Below, piece by piece: positions 29,622 to 39,937 of a stretch of 64,000 nt of DNA. The stretch lies in the NCBI GenBank assembly GCA_963840035.1, contig CAWIXE010000001.1:1056001-1120000 (forward strand). The letters run 5' to 3'. Both the position numbers and the translations under genes were made by a program. The DNA comes from a candidate division FCPU426 bacterium (GTDB lineage: Bacteria > Oederibacteriota > PGYV01 > Palsa-1178). Position 1 is the stretch's first letter. The number at the start of each line of letters is the position of its first letter. Below the pieces are notes generated by a model, which saw only the letters and a list, made by a program, of their open reading frames with translations, was not told where the DNA came from and ran no database searches.

Positions 29622-31223
29622 ATGGCTTCTGATAAGATTAAAGTAATTCTCATAGAGGACAATCCGTCTGATTCCTTGCTTATCAGGGAAAACCTGAGCC
29701 TGGAGGAACCCGGAGTTTTTTTGGTTACTATTTCCGAGCGTCTTGCCGACGGGATGAAGCTTATGGATAAAGAAGGCTACGATGTCGCCATGCTGGATCT
29801 GTGGCTTCCGGATTCGGCAGGCATTGAGACGCTTAAGCGTTTCAGGGACAAGTTCCCGGAAATGCCGGTAATAGTATTCACCGGCCTTGATAATAACGAG
29901 ACGTCGATCCAGGCGTTAAAGGCAGGCGCGCAGGATTATATAGTGAAAAGCCACATCGAAGGGGTGCTATTAACGCGATCCATCAGGTATGCCATAGAAA
30001 GAAAAAACATCAGGAAAGAACTTGATAAATCCAGGAACGACCTGGAAGGCATCATAGATAACGCGCCGCTTCTTATGTTTATAGTGGATAGCGGCATAAA
30101 AGTCCTTAAAGCAAATAAAACAGCAGAAAAGATTATAAAATTTCCGCGCGAAAAGATGGGCGGTATGGCCCTGGGAAAAGCCATACAGTGTGAAAACTGT
30201 TTTTCGGCGGAAATTGACTGTGGTAAAAGTGAAAAGTGCCGGACCTGCGGCGTCAGGCTTGTGATAAGCGAGGCTTTTAAAACCGGCGAGTCATACCACA
30301 GGATGGAAATAGAAAAAACCATAATTGCGGGGAATAAATCGGAAAAATCTGTTTTTTACATGTCTGTGGTGCCGCTTGAATTTGAAAACAAAAAGACCAT
30401 GCTGGTAAGCTTTGAGGATGTAACTTTGCGGAAGCGCGCCGAGAACGGCATGGAGGAGATTATCCACAAACTCCGAGACCTTGACGGCTTGAAATCAAAC
30501 TTTGTTTCCATGGTATCACACGAGCTGCGTACTCCCTTAACGTCAGTTAAAGGTTTCATTTCATTCCTGATAAACGGCGTGGCCGGGCCGGTTAATGAGC
30601 GCCAGGCTGAATACCTGCAGATAATAAGGGATAATTCGGACAGGCTCTTAAACCTCATAAACGACCTGCTGGATATTTCGAAGATGGAGTCAGGCACTTT
30701 CATGATTGAAAAACATTCATCGGACCTGGTTAAACTGCTGAAAAAAGTAATACGCGACCTCGGGCCCGCGGCCGATAAGATGAAAATACAATTTGAGGGC
30801 AATTTCAGCGGCCCGGTAATGACGGCGGACGTGGATGATTTCAGGATTGGGCAGGTTGCCAGCAACCTCATAAATAATGCCTTAAAGTTTTCATATGAAA
30901 ACGGAAAAATAACCGTAAGCGCCGAGGAAAAAAACGCGGGTGACATAAAAATGCCGGAATACGCCGGGGCTGCCATAAATGGAGCGCGCAGATATGCCGT
31001 TATCAGCGTTAAGGACGGCGGCAGGGGAATAGAAAAGGAACACCTGGCAAAGATTTTTGACAGGTTTTACCAGGTACATGGAATTGACCAGAAAGTTTTT
31101 AAGGGAATAGGCCTCGGGCTGAATATTTCAAAGAATATCGTGGAAGCCCACAACGGCGCTATCTGGGTGGAATCGGAAGGGAATAATAAAGGAACGGTAT
31201 TTAAGTTTATATTGCCTTTATAA
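29622..31223 (+). CDS. Hybrid kinase REC-PAS-HisKA-HATPase
   Basis: IEDN, LDLWLPD, SHELRTPL, NLINNALKF, GIGLGL. Confidence 0.92.
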   Translation: MASDKIKVILIEDNPSDSLLIRENLSLEEPGVFLVTISERLADGMKLMDKEGYDVAMLDLWLPDSAGIETLKRFRDKFPEMPVIVFTGLDNNETSIQALKAGAQDYIVKSHIEGVLLTRSIRYAIERKNIRKELDKSRNDLEGIIDNAPLLMFIVDSGIKVLKANKTAEKIIKFPREKMGGMALGKAIQCENCFSAEIDCGKSEKCRTCGVRLVISEAFKTGESYHRMEIEKTIIAGNKSEKSVFYMSVVPLEFENKKTMLVSFEDVTLRKRAENGMEEIIHKLRDLDGLKSNFVSMVSHELRTPLTSVKGFISFLINGVAGPVNERQAEYLQIIRDNSDRLLNLINDLLDISKMESGTFMIEKHSSDLVKLLKKVIRDLGPAADKMKIQFEGNFSGPVMTADVDDFRIGQVASNLINNALKFSYENGKITVSAEEKNAGDIKMPEYAGAAINGARRYAVISVKDGGRGIEKEHLAKIFDRFYQVHGIDQKVFKGIGLGLNISKNIVEAHNGAIWVESEGNNKGTVFKFILPL

Positions 31224-31294
31224 AATGGTTAAAGTTGAACATTGTAAGTTGAAGGTTCTAACACAGAACAATGAACAATGAACAAAGGAGTCCT

Positions 31295-34200
31295 ATGCGC
31301 GAAGACGGTCTTATGCACTATCTGGACATCCCGGGTGTAATCGTGCTTTCCCTGGACAGAGAAGGAAATGTGACCTATATTAACGCGCGCGGCTGCAAAA
31401 TGCTGGGTTATACCCCTAAATATGTCATGGGGAAAAACTGGTTTGACAACTTTCTTCCTGAACAGGCTGGCAGGGAAGCAAAGAAATTTTATCTGATGGC
31501 CTTAAAATCCAAAAGAGACATACCGGCTGATTATGAGAATCCGATCCTGTGCAAGGACGGCAAAGAAGTCATAATCCTGTGGCATAATATTATTTTAAGA
31601 GACTCCCGCGGAAAACCAAGCGGAGGATTAAGTTCGGGAGTGGATATAACCGGAAGAAAAGACGCTGAAAGGGCCTTAAGCGCCAGATATAAATACGATA
31701 AGTTGCGGGCGGAAATATGGAAGGCGGCTTCGGATAAGACCATTGACCAGGATACTCTCATAAAGCGCATACTTAACGCGGCAGGGCCTGTAATGGGGGT
31801 TGACCGCGCCTGTTTTAATTCCGTGGATAGGGGCAAAATGACCTGCACGCTGGAGTGGAAGTTAAAATCCGTTAAATCATCACTTGGCGGAGGGGTACCT
31901 GTCGGCCTAGTAGAAAAATTCATATCAAATAAAACCATGGTTTACTCGGTAGAAAAAATGAAAAAGTCCATACCAAGTATTTTTTCACCCGTGACATCTC
32001 CGCTTGTGGATTCGATATTCAGAAAGTTCAACGTAAGGTCTATCCTTGGCGTCCCGGTTTATTCGGGAAAAAAAATGGCAGGAACAGTCACGCTGAACAT
32101 TTGCAGCACAAACACAACCAAACATGAATGGCTTCCCGAAGATTATGAAATAATAGAGGATATTAGGAATATAATCTCTTCTGCCATATCGCTGCGTGCG
32201 GCGGAATCTGAAGCCTCGGAAAAAGGCTCTATTTACAGCGACATATTTAACGGCACCGCGGAGATGATGTGCCTTATTAAGGACATAAAGCCGGGAAGAC
32301 AGGCGCGCATCGCGGAGGTAAATGACACGGTATTAAAAAGGCTTGGTTATACAAGGGATGAACTCATCGGAGCCGGTTCGGACAAAATGTTTCCCGGAAA
32401 AATGTTTGGAAGGGAACTAAAGAAAAACGGGTACATTACGCTTGAGCAATCAATAAGGGCAAAGTCAGGGGAGCTAATTCCCGCTGAAGTCACGGTAAAA
32501 CTGCTTTCTAAGGACCCTGCCATGGCTGTTGTTTCCGGGACGGAATTAACAGAAAGAAAGAGGGAACAAAAGGCCCTGGCGGAATCAGAGGCAAGGTTCA
32601 AGGCATTATACGAGAACGCGCCGGAGGCTTACCTTATGTATGATTCAAAGGGCGTGCTGACAGGCTCCAATAAAGCTGCTGAGGAACTGACCGGGTACCG
32701 CGCAAGTGATAATATAGGGAAAAGCCTTTTTCGCAGCGGGATACTATTAAAGGAAGATTATCCGATAATGCTGAAAAACATGGCATTAAGGCTTCTGGGA
32801 AAAGATCTGGGCGTGGTCGAATACAGGTTCAGGCACAAAAACGGCGAAATAGTTCCGGTTGAGCTGATTGCAAGGCCCATTACGATGTCCGGAAAAAAAT
32901 ACCTGCTAGCTTTTGTAAGGGATTTAAGGCAGAGAAAAAAGGCGGAGGAACTCCTGAAGGCAGGTGAGGAAAAATTCAAACAAATCTTTGAGTACGCGCC
33001 CGATGCTTATTACATAATAGACAGCAAGGGGGTTTTTGTGGAAGGCAACCTCGCGGCAGAGAAAATGATAGGTTACGCGAGGAAGGACCTGATAGGAAAA
33101 AATTTGTTTAACCTCAACCTTGTATCCCCGGACCAGTTTCCCAGGGCTACCAGGGACATAATTAAAAATTTATCCGGAAAGTCGGCCGGCCCCACCGAGT
33201 ACCTTTTAAACCGCAGGGACGGGACAAAAGTCTGGGTGGAAGCGATGACCTACCCTATAAAAAGGGATGGACGGATTGTCCTGCTGGGCATAGCCAGGGA
33301 TATTACATCCAGAAAAAAAGATAATGAAGAAAAAGAGGTCATGAGGATAATTTCAGAGCTTTTTCTTGAAGTTAAGGGGCTTGACCAGATTTTTTCAGAA
33401 CTGCCGCAGATAATAGCGGGCACGTTCGGATATTCCATGTCGGCGGTAGTGCTTTATGATGAAAAAAATGACGAAGTCCTGTTTGTCGGCAATGAGGGGA
33501 TCTTTGATAATAATGAAGTGCTGCGCGCCCCTGCCTCGACAACCATGGCCGGCACAGTTATAAAAACCGGAAAACCGCTGCTAATCAGGAACATTGTTAA
33601 GCGAAAAGACTACACTTTCGAAAAACTAAAGGAAAAAAACGCGAAAGTTTTCCTGGGAGTGCCGATAAGGAACAGGAAAAAGGCGATTGGAGCGCTGGTG
33701 CTGGCCGATGTAAAGGAGAGGCCGGATTCGGAAAAGGTTTTTTCCCTGCTTCAGGCGATAGGAAATTATCTATCACAGGAGATCAGCCGGAGACGGTCGG
33801 AGGAAGCCCTAAAGTTAAGCGAGGAAAAATTCAGAAACATTGCCAATTACACGCATGATTGGGAATACTGGGTCGATGAAAACAACAGGTTTATATACTG
33901 TTCGCCGTCATGCGAGAGGATAACCGGGTATAAACCCGAGGAATTTATCAGCGACCCGGAATTAAGGGGCAGGATTGTCCATCCTGAATACAGGGATGTT
34001 TTTATGAGGCACCTGGCCGGAAGAGGAAGGGTAAAATCAGAAAACATAGACTACAAACTGATCAGGAAAGACGGCAGGGAAATATGGATGAACCACCTTT
34101 GCATTCAGGTGTTTGATTCTGAAGGCAACCCGGCAGGAAGGCGCGGAAGCGACAGGGATGTGACTGAGCGGGTGATAGCGGACCGCATAATGAAGGAAAG

Positions 34201-36859
34201 CGAAATGAAGTTCAGGGGGCTTTTTAACAACGCGAGCGACGCCATATTCCTCCACACAACAGGGGCTGGAAATATGCCGGGGCATTTCATAGAGGTTAAT
34301 GACGCGGCGTGCGCCAGGCTGGGTTATACCAGGGATGAAATTTTTTCCATGAGCCCGGCGGAACTTGACAGCCCTGAGTACGCGAAAAACATACCCGGCA
34401 TCATGGTAAAACTTGAAAGGACCGGACACGCCACATTTGAAAGCGAACACATGGCAAAGGACGGCAGGAAAATACCGGTGGAGATCAGCGCCCATATTTT
34501 TGAAATGGGCGGCGACAGGATGGTTGTCTCGCTTGCGCGCGACATAACAGACAGGAAAAAGGCCGAGGAGTCTCTCAGGGAAAAGGAAAGCAGGTTCAGG
34601 GCGATATTTGAGCAGGCAGCAGTAGGCATGGCATATATAGACCTTAAAGGTAACTTCATAGCCGCAAATGAAAAACTCTGCAGGATAACGGGTTACAGCC
34701 TTGCCGAGATTACGGCGCTGAATTCCGCGGAGATAACCCACCCGGATGATGTTGAGTCGGACATGGAAAATATAAGGAAACTCATAGACGGGTCTTTGCA
34801 AAATTTTTCCATTGAAAAAAGGTATATCAGGAAAGAACATGATGAAGTTTGGGTTAAGTTTACAGGCGCGCTTGTAAAGGATGTGTCTGACAGGGCAAAA
34901 TACATCATCGGTGTCATAGAGGATATTTCACTCAAGAAGTATACTGAAAACGCGTTGAAGGAAAATGAGGAAAAATACAGGTCGCTTTTTGAAAATATGA
35001 AGAACGGCTTCGCGTACCACAAAATATTGCTGGACAAGGAAGGGACGCCGTACGATTACGAATTCCTGGAGATTAACAGGGCTTTTGAGCAGATGACCGG
35101 GTTTAAAAGGGAAAATGTACTCGGAAGGAAGGTTACGGATGTAATTCCGGGGATATTAGACGATGTTTTTGACTGGGTCGGGAATTACGCTGGCGTGGCC
35201 ATATCCGGGCACCCGCTGAATTTTGAATCGTACAATAAACCCCTTGATAAGTGGTTTTCTGTAGCTGCCTATTCCAATAAAAAGAACCACTTTGCCACGA
35301 TCTTTACCGATATAACGGAAAAGAAGAAAACCGAAGAAAAAATAATGAAACTCTCCGCGGCAGTGGAACAGAGCGGCAGCATGGTATTGATAACCGACAC
35401 CGAAGGGGTCATTGAATATGTAAACCCGAAGTTTACGGATATTACCGGCTATGAACAGGCCGAAACGCTGGGCAAAAAGCCGAACCTGCTGAAGTCCGGC
35501 TATTTTTCAGCGGGGCAATATAAAGAACTGTGGGAAACAATTAAATCAGGAAAAGTATGGAGAGGGCAGTTCCATAATAAAAAGAAAAACGGGAGCCTTT
35601 ACTGGGAGTCCGCGTCCATATCACCGATAAAGAACGCTGAAGGCGTGATAATGAATTTTATAGCAATCAAAGAAGACATCACAGCGATGAAAGAGGCGGA
35701 AGCCCAGTTAACCCAGAGCAGGGACATGCTTTTTGACTTCCTGGAAAACGCCAATGATATGATACAGATAATCAGGCCTGATTATACATTTGAATATGTT
35801 AACAAAAAATGGATGGACACGCTGGGCTACGCGCCGGACAAGCTTTTCGGAATGACCATATTTGACATCATAATACCCGCCCACAGGGAAGGCTGCAGGG
35901 AACTTTTCAGCAGGATAATGAAAGGCGAAAAAGCGGAAAACATAGACACCGTGTTTCTCGCGGCGGACGGCAGGGAAATCATAGTGGAAGGCAACGCCAA
36001 CCTTTTTGTACAGGAAGGGGAGGTGCCTCAGACACGGGCTATTTTCAGGGATGTAACGGAAAAGCGGCTGGCGGAAAATAACCTCAAGGCCAATTATGAA
36101 AAATTAAAAGAGCTTGATATCATGAAGTCTAACTTCACCGCGATGGTATCCCATGAGCTCCGGACGCCCCTGACTTCCATAAAGGGTTTTTCCTCGTTCC
36201 TTCAGGGCGGCGTCGGCGGGACTTTAAGCCCCAAACAGCTGGAGTTTGTGGATATTATCAGGAGCAACTCTGACAGGCTTTTAAACCTCATAAACGAGAT
36301 ACTGGACATATCAAAGGTTGAGTCCGGAACATTCTCTGTGGACAAGCAGCTGACAAATATTGTCTTTGTTGTGGACAAGGCGATAAATGACATGTCATCG
36401 GTTGCGACCCGGCAGGGTATTTCAGTCGCGAAGGATTTTAAGAAGGAGATAATCCAGGCAAAAGCTGACGAGTACAGGGTGTCCCAGGTGGTGATAAATC
36501 TATTAAATAACGCCATTAAGTTCTCGCCGGAAAAATCAACTATTACCGTGGGCGCTGACATAGTGCCCCATGACAGGATTAAAGTTCCGGCATACGCGGG
36601 ATGGATGCCTGAAGCTGATAAAAAATACGCTTTAATATGGGTTAAAGACGAGGGTAAAGGCATTGCCGCTGAAAACTTAAGCAAGGTTTTTGACAGGTTC
36701 TTTCAGGTATCCGACAAGGACCATAAGATATTCAAAGGCGTAGGGTTGGGGCTTAATATTACAAAGGCAATTGTTGAGGCGCATAATGGGGCGGTATGGG
36801 CAGAATCAGGGGGGCATGGAAAAGGGTCGGAATTTTATGTAATGCTTCCTATATTATAA
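31295..36859 (+). CDS. Cytoplasmic multisensor histidine kinase (about 10 PAS, 2 GAF)
   Basis: Repeated PAS/PAC units ending DITxRK, two GAF-like segments, SHELRTPL; start after AAGGAG. Confidence 0.9.
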   Translation: MREDGLMHYLDIPGVIVLSLDREGNVTYINARGCKMLGYTPKYVMGKNWFDNFLPEQAGREAKKFYLMALKSKRDIPADYENPILCKDGKEVIILWHNIILRDSRGKPSGGLSSGVDITGRKDAERALSARYKYDKLRAEIWKAASDKTIDQDTLIKRILNAAGPVMGVDRACFNSVDRGKMTCTLEWKLKSVKSSLGGGVPVGLVEKFISNKTMVYSVEKMKKSIPSIFSPVTSPLVDSIFRKFNVRSILGVPVYSGKKMAGTVTLNICSTNTTKHEWLPEDYEIIEDIRNIISSAISLRAAESEASEKGSIYSDIFNGTAEMMCLIKDIKPGRQARIAEVNDTVLKRLGYTRDELIGAGSDKMFPGKMFGRELKKNGYITLEQSIRAKSGELIPAEVTVKLLSKDPAMAVVSGTELTERKREQKALAESEARFKALYENAPEAYLMYDSKGVLTGSNKAAEELTGYRASDNIGKSLFRSGILLKEDYPIMLKNMALRLLGKDLGVVEYRFRHKNGEIVPVELIARPITMSGKKYLLAFVRDLRQRKKAEELLKAGEEKFKQIFEYAPDAYYIIDSKGVFVEGNLAAEKMIGYARKDLIGKNLFNLNLVSPDQFPRATRDIIKNLSGKSAGPTEYLLNRRDGTKVWVEAMTYPIKRDGRIVLLGIARDITSRKKDNEEKEVMRIISELFLEVKGLDQIFSELPQIIAGTFGYSMSAVVLYDEKNDEVLFVGNEGIFDNNEVLRAPASTTMAGTVIKTGKPLLIRNIVKRKDYTFEKLKEKNAKVFLGVPIRNRKKAIGALVLADVKERPDSEKVFSLLQAIGNYLSQEISRRRSEEALKLSEEKFRNIANYTHDWEYWVDENNRFIYCSPSCERITGYKPEEFISDPELRGRIVHPEYRDVFMRHLAGRGRVKSENIDYKLIRKDGREIWMNHLCIQVFDSEGNPAGRRGSDRDVTERVIADRIMKESEMKFRGLFNNASDAIFLHTTGAGNMPGHFIEVNDAACARLGYTRDEIFSMSPAELDSPEYAKNIPGIMVKLERTGHATFESEHMAKDGRKIPVEISAHIFEMGGDRMVVSLARDITDRKKAEESLREKESRFRAIFEQAAVGMAYIDLKGNFIAANEKLCRITGYSLAEITALNSAEITHPDDVESDMENIRKLIDGSLQNFSIEKRYIRKEHDEVWVKFTGALVKDVSDRAKYIIGVIEDISLKKYTENALKENEEKYRSLFENMKNGFAYHKILLDKEGTPYDYEFLEINRAFEQMTGFKRENVLGRKVTDVIPGILDDVFDWVGNYAGVAISGHPLNFESYNKPLDKWFSVAAYSNKKNHFATIFTDITEKKKTEEKIMKLSAAVEQSGSMVLITDTEGVIEYVNPKFTDITGYEQAETLGKKPNLLKSGYFSAGQYKELWETIKSGKVWRGQFHNKKKNGSLYWESASISPIKNAEGVIMNFIAIKEDITAMKEAEAQLTQSRDMLFDFLENANDMIQIIRPDYTFEYVNKKWMDTLGYAPDKLFGMTIFDIIIPAHREGCRELFSRIMKGEKAENIDTVFLAADGREIIVEGNANLFVQEGEVPQTRAIFRDVTEKRLAENNLKANYEKLKELDIMKSNFTAMVSHELRTPLTSIKGFSSFLQGGVGGTLSPKQLEFVDIIRSNSDRLLNLINEILDISKVESGTFSVDKQLTNIVFVVDKAINDMSSVATRQGISVAKDFKKEIIQAKADEYRVSQVVINLLNNAIKFSPEKSTITVGADIVPHDRIKVPAYAGWMPEADKKYALIWVKDEGKGIAAENLSKVFDRFFQVSDKDHKIFKGVGLGLNITKAIVEAHNGAVWAESGGHGKGSEFYVMLPIL

Positions 36860-36939
36860 CGCTGAGCTTTGAGAAAACTATTATAAGGTATTTTGGCATG
36901 TTTTATTGGGATTTTATAAGCAAAAAATCAAGAAAAACC

Positions 36940-36968
36940 TTGTAAAATAAGGTTTTTTGGGGTATTAT
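36940..36968 (+). promoter_or_regulatory. Putative sigma70 promoter for the DUF4388 operon
   Basis: TTGTAA-N17-TATTAT. Confidence 0.55.
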
Positions 36969-37001
36969 ATACATACATAAGGTGATGTTTAAGGAGGTCC
37001 A

Positions 37002-37784
37002 ATGCGAGGAACAATAAGTAGTATAAGTGTTGCCGGAATGCTGCGGTTATTGTGCAGTTATGGCAAAACAGGGGTGCTCAATGTTGACTCCGGCAGGGTA
37101 AAAGGCCGTATAGAAATAATAAACGGCGAGGTTACGGATGCCTCCGCCGAGAAAACACTTCTGCAGGCTGCGGATAAACGCTCCACCATAATACAGCTCC
37201 TTCTGGCCATCGAGGAAGGTTCGTTTTACTTCGAAGAAAAATCACTCCCTTCAAAAAAACCTGTCGGCATATGCGTGGAAGATGTCATACTCGAAAGCGC
37301 CAGGATTATTTGTTCGGATTTTTCCGGAAAGATTCCGGTCAAGGACCTGATACTTCCGGAGAACGAGGTACTTAAAACAGCCAAATTTACCGCAGGAAGA
37401 AAGATATCAATATCATTCCTTTCAGACGAATGGAACCTCCTGGGTTCGTTTAATGGCGATTCAAATATAGGCGCGGCCCTGGAAGAATCGGGCGTGGAAA
37501 AATCAAAAGCCGAGATAATAATGTACGGCCTTGTGGCGGCAGGACTTGTCCGCAGGATGAGGTTTAAAATACCCGAGGTTGCCAGGCTGGCAAAAGACGA
37601 GCTGGGGAATATCGGCGCGGCCATAGTGGATAATGAATTCTCAAAGCAGAAGATAGACAGGAGAAAGATGGGCATGAAGAACTTTATCGGGCTTTTAAAC
37701 GGCCTTGAAATATCCTTCTCCGAGATAGTGGGTAAAACAAAAGCAAAAGAAATAATAGAAAAGATATGGAGCGCTACTAAGTAA
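37002..37784 (+). CDS. DUF4388 (PATAN-like) domain protein
   Basis: MRGTI..ISV..ML.LL...GKTGVL...G.I....GEV..A...EGSFYF; RBS AAGGAGG. Confidence 0.75.
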   Translation: MRGTISSISVAGMLRLLCSYGKTGVLNVDSGRVKGRIEIINGEVTDASAEKTLLQAADKRSTIIQLLLAIEEGSFYFEEKSLPSKKPVGICVEDVILESARIICSDFSGKIPVKDLILPENEVLKTAKFTAGRKISISFLSDEWNLLGSFNGDSNIGAALEESGVEKSKAEIIMYGLVAAGLVRRMRFKIPEVARLAKDELGNIGAAIVDNEFSKQKIDRRKMGMKNFIGLLNGLEISFSEIVGKTKAKEIIEKIWSATK

Positions 37785-37824
37785 AGAAAATTACCAATTA
37801 CTAATGTGTGAAAAGGAGTAAATC

Positions 37825-38166
37825 ATGACTGAAGAAGCTTTGCAGTTATACAGCCACGTTATGGCGTTTATGAGCGGCATACTTTTCTGGGCCGCGTTTC
37901 TGGTTTTTGGGTTCATAGCCAGGAGGTATAAGGTGGTGTTTAACAAGGAGACTTACCACGGGCTACTGATGACGGCGCCGTCCGGAATACTTATTTATGC
38001 CATCCTTATGATTCTGCGGTCTTCGATGTTCATAAAACAGGCTCAGATAAATGACGCGATTCAGATAACCGCGTATGTTTTCCTGCTTGGTTCGGCGCTG
38101 CTGTGCCTTGCGGGTATTTTAAAATTCGGCAGACTCATAGATGAGCTGCAAAAATACAAGGGGTAA
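37825..38166 (+). CDS. Small 3-TM membrane protein, unknown function
   Basis: Three hydrophobic helices; RBS AAGGAG. Confidence 0.8.
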   Translation: MTEEALQLYSHVMAFMSGILFWAAFLVFGFIARRYKVVFNKETYHGLLMTAPSGILIYAILMILRSSMFIKQAQINDAIQITAYVFLLGSALLCLAGILKFGRLIDELQKYKG

Positions 38167-38168
38167 AC

Positions 38169-38567
38169 ATGAAGGCTGATATATTGTTATATGAAGCTGG
38201 CATAGTAGTCCTTATCGTGGCGATTATTGCCATGGCGTTTGTCCTGAGAAAGCTTACCATGATAGTAAAACAGAAACAGTCCATATGGCTTCTGCCGGTG
38301 GCGGCAGCCCTGCTGCTTGCAGCGGCCCTGGGTTTCCACGCTTACGCCAGTTTTAAGCTGCTTCCGGATATGGGGGCGAAAATAAGCATGATGTCATCGC
38401 AGGAAGCGCTTCTTGACGCCGTGAAAATGGACGAGGTTAAGGCTTCGGCGCAGGCCATGAAGACACAGATGATAAACCTGAAGGCCGCTTCCTTTACCTG
38501 TTTTTTTGCAGCGGCTCTGATGCTGCTGATATCTACGGCGGTATATATAAGGTGGATCTCAAAATAA
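38169..38567 (+). CDS. Small 3-TM membrane protein, unknown function
   Basis: Three hydrophobic helices; begins 2 nt after the previous stop. Confidence 0.8.
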   Translation: MKADILLYEAGIVVLIVAIIAMAFVLRKLTMIVKQKQSIWLLPVAAALLLAAALGFHAYASFKLLPDMGAKISMMSSQEALLDAVKMDEVKASAQAMKTQMINLKAASFTCFFAAALMLLISTAVYIRWISK

Positions 38568-38618
38568 CGGAGTATATAAAATCGGGCGCTTATTGCCCTT
38601 TAAAACGGAGGTAAGAGA

Positions 38619-38999
38619 ATGTCTGAAAAAATGAAAATAATGGTCGTTGATGACGAACCGGACATAGTTAAGATCGTAAAAATCGCCATGGAGCTTGCCA
38701 ATTATGAGATTTTCGAGGCATACAGCGGCGAGGAATGCCTGGAAAAACTTTCAAAGCTTGCGTCCCCTCCGAGCCTGATTCTGCTCGACATAATGATGCC
38801 GGGCATGAGCGGCTACGAGACCTGCGCCAAGATCAGGGAAAACAGCGCCTATAAAGCCGTGAAAGTCGTGATGCTCACAGCCAAGGGGCAAAAAGGCGAC
38901 GCTGAGGAAGGCCTGAAAGTCGGGGCTGATGATTACATCATAAAGCCTTTTGATCCGTATGAACTTATTGAGCAGGTAAAAGAAATACTCGAAAGATAA
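38619..38999 (+). CDS. Single-domain response regulator
   Basis: VVDDEPD, LLDIMMP, MLTA, ADDYIIKPF. Confidence 0.92.
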   Translation: MSEKMKIMVVDDEPDIVKIVKIAMELANYEIFEAYSGEECLEKLSKLASPPSLILLDIMMPGMSGYETCAKIRENSAYKAVKVVMLTAKGQKGDAEEGLKVGADDYIIKPFDPYELIEQVKEILER

Positions 39000-39010
39000 C
39001 CGGGGGCGCC

Positions 39011-39937
39011 ATGCTCACTTCAATTGAAATGCGCAAAAGGTATGTCATATATGTAAGGGCCATCCTGTCACTTACCATAGTCCTGGTAGCCTTATATAAT
39101 TATTCCGTTTTTGAAATACCGGTTGTGCCGGCGATTATTTATATGGTCCTGCTTGTTTTAAGCAATTTCGGGTTCATGTTCGTCCCGGCGGGCTTGTATA
39201 AAGGCATCAAGCTGCACTACCTGGTTTTTCTCCTGGACCTGGCATTCCTTGTTGTGGGCGCGTTTATTTTCACGCAGATGAACCTGACTTTTTTAATAGC
39301 CATATTCCTCACCATATTCATTTCGTCATTGAGCCAATCCGTAGGTTTAAGCCTCGTTGTGGCCCTTGTGGTGGATGCTGTATACATTTACATCATGTAC
39401 ATAACCGGAGGGCTGAACTACAGCCTCATGAATGACAGGGCGCTTTTGAACCTGCCGTTCATGCTCATCGTCGCGCTGCATTCAAGCTATCTGGCTGAGA
39501 AAGCCAATGAGGAACTTTCCGAACGCGGCGCGCTTGAGAAGATAAACGTCCTGCTCACAAAAAAAATAATATCAAAAAGCGAGCAGATAAACGCGGTCAC
39601 GCAGTTTAACGATTATTTCTGCGACAGCTTTAAGAACGCCGTCATAATTCTCAATGACGAGGGGGCGGTCAAGATGTTCAATAAATCGGCGGAACGCGTC
39701 TTCGGGCTTAAACAGGCGGCAGTGCTCAATACGCCGGTTAAAGACCTGGAAATACCGCGGCAGCTAAAGGAATGCATCATGAACCTGCAGTTTAAAAAAC
39801 AGGAATCCGACGACGTAAAAATGAGCATAGGCGAGGGCGCTGTAAAAAAAATCGCGGCCACAACCACATTCATTAAGAATTCAAGGGCGGAAATAATCGG
39901 GATACTTTGCTCTGTCAGGGAGGTCGCCGGGGAATAA
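39011..39937 (+). CDS. Multi-TM membrane protein with C-terminal PAS domain and no output domain
   Basis: About 5-6 TM helices, coiled coil, PAS (NAVIILNDEG.VKMFNKSAERVFG). Confidence 0.75.
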   Translation: MLTSIEMRKRYVIYVRAILSLTIVLVALYNYSVFEIPVVPAIIYMVLLVLSNFGFMFVPAGLYKGIKLHYLVFLLDLAFLVVGAFIFTQMNLTFLIAIFLTIFISSLSQSVGLSLVVALVVDAVYIYIMYITGGLNYSLMNDRALLNLPFMLIVALHSSYLAEKANEELSERGALEKINVLLTKKIISKSEQINAVTQFNDYFCDSFKNAVIILNDEGAVKMFNKSAERVFGLKQAAVLNTPVKDLEIPRQLKECIMNLQFKKQESDDVKMSIGEGAVKKIAATTTFIKNSRAEIIGILCSVREVAGE

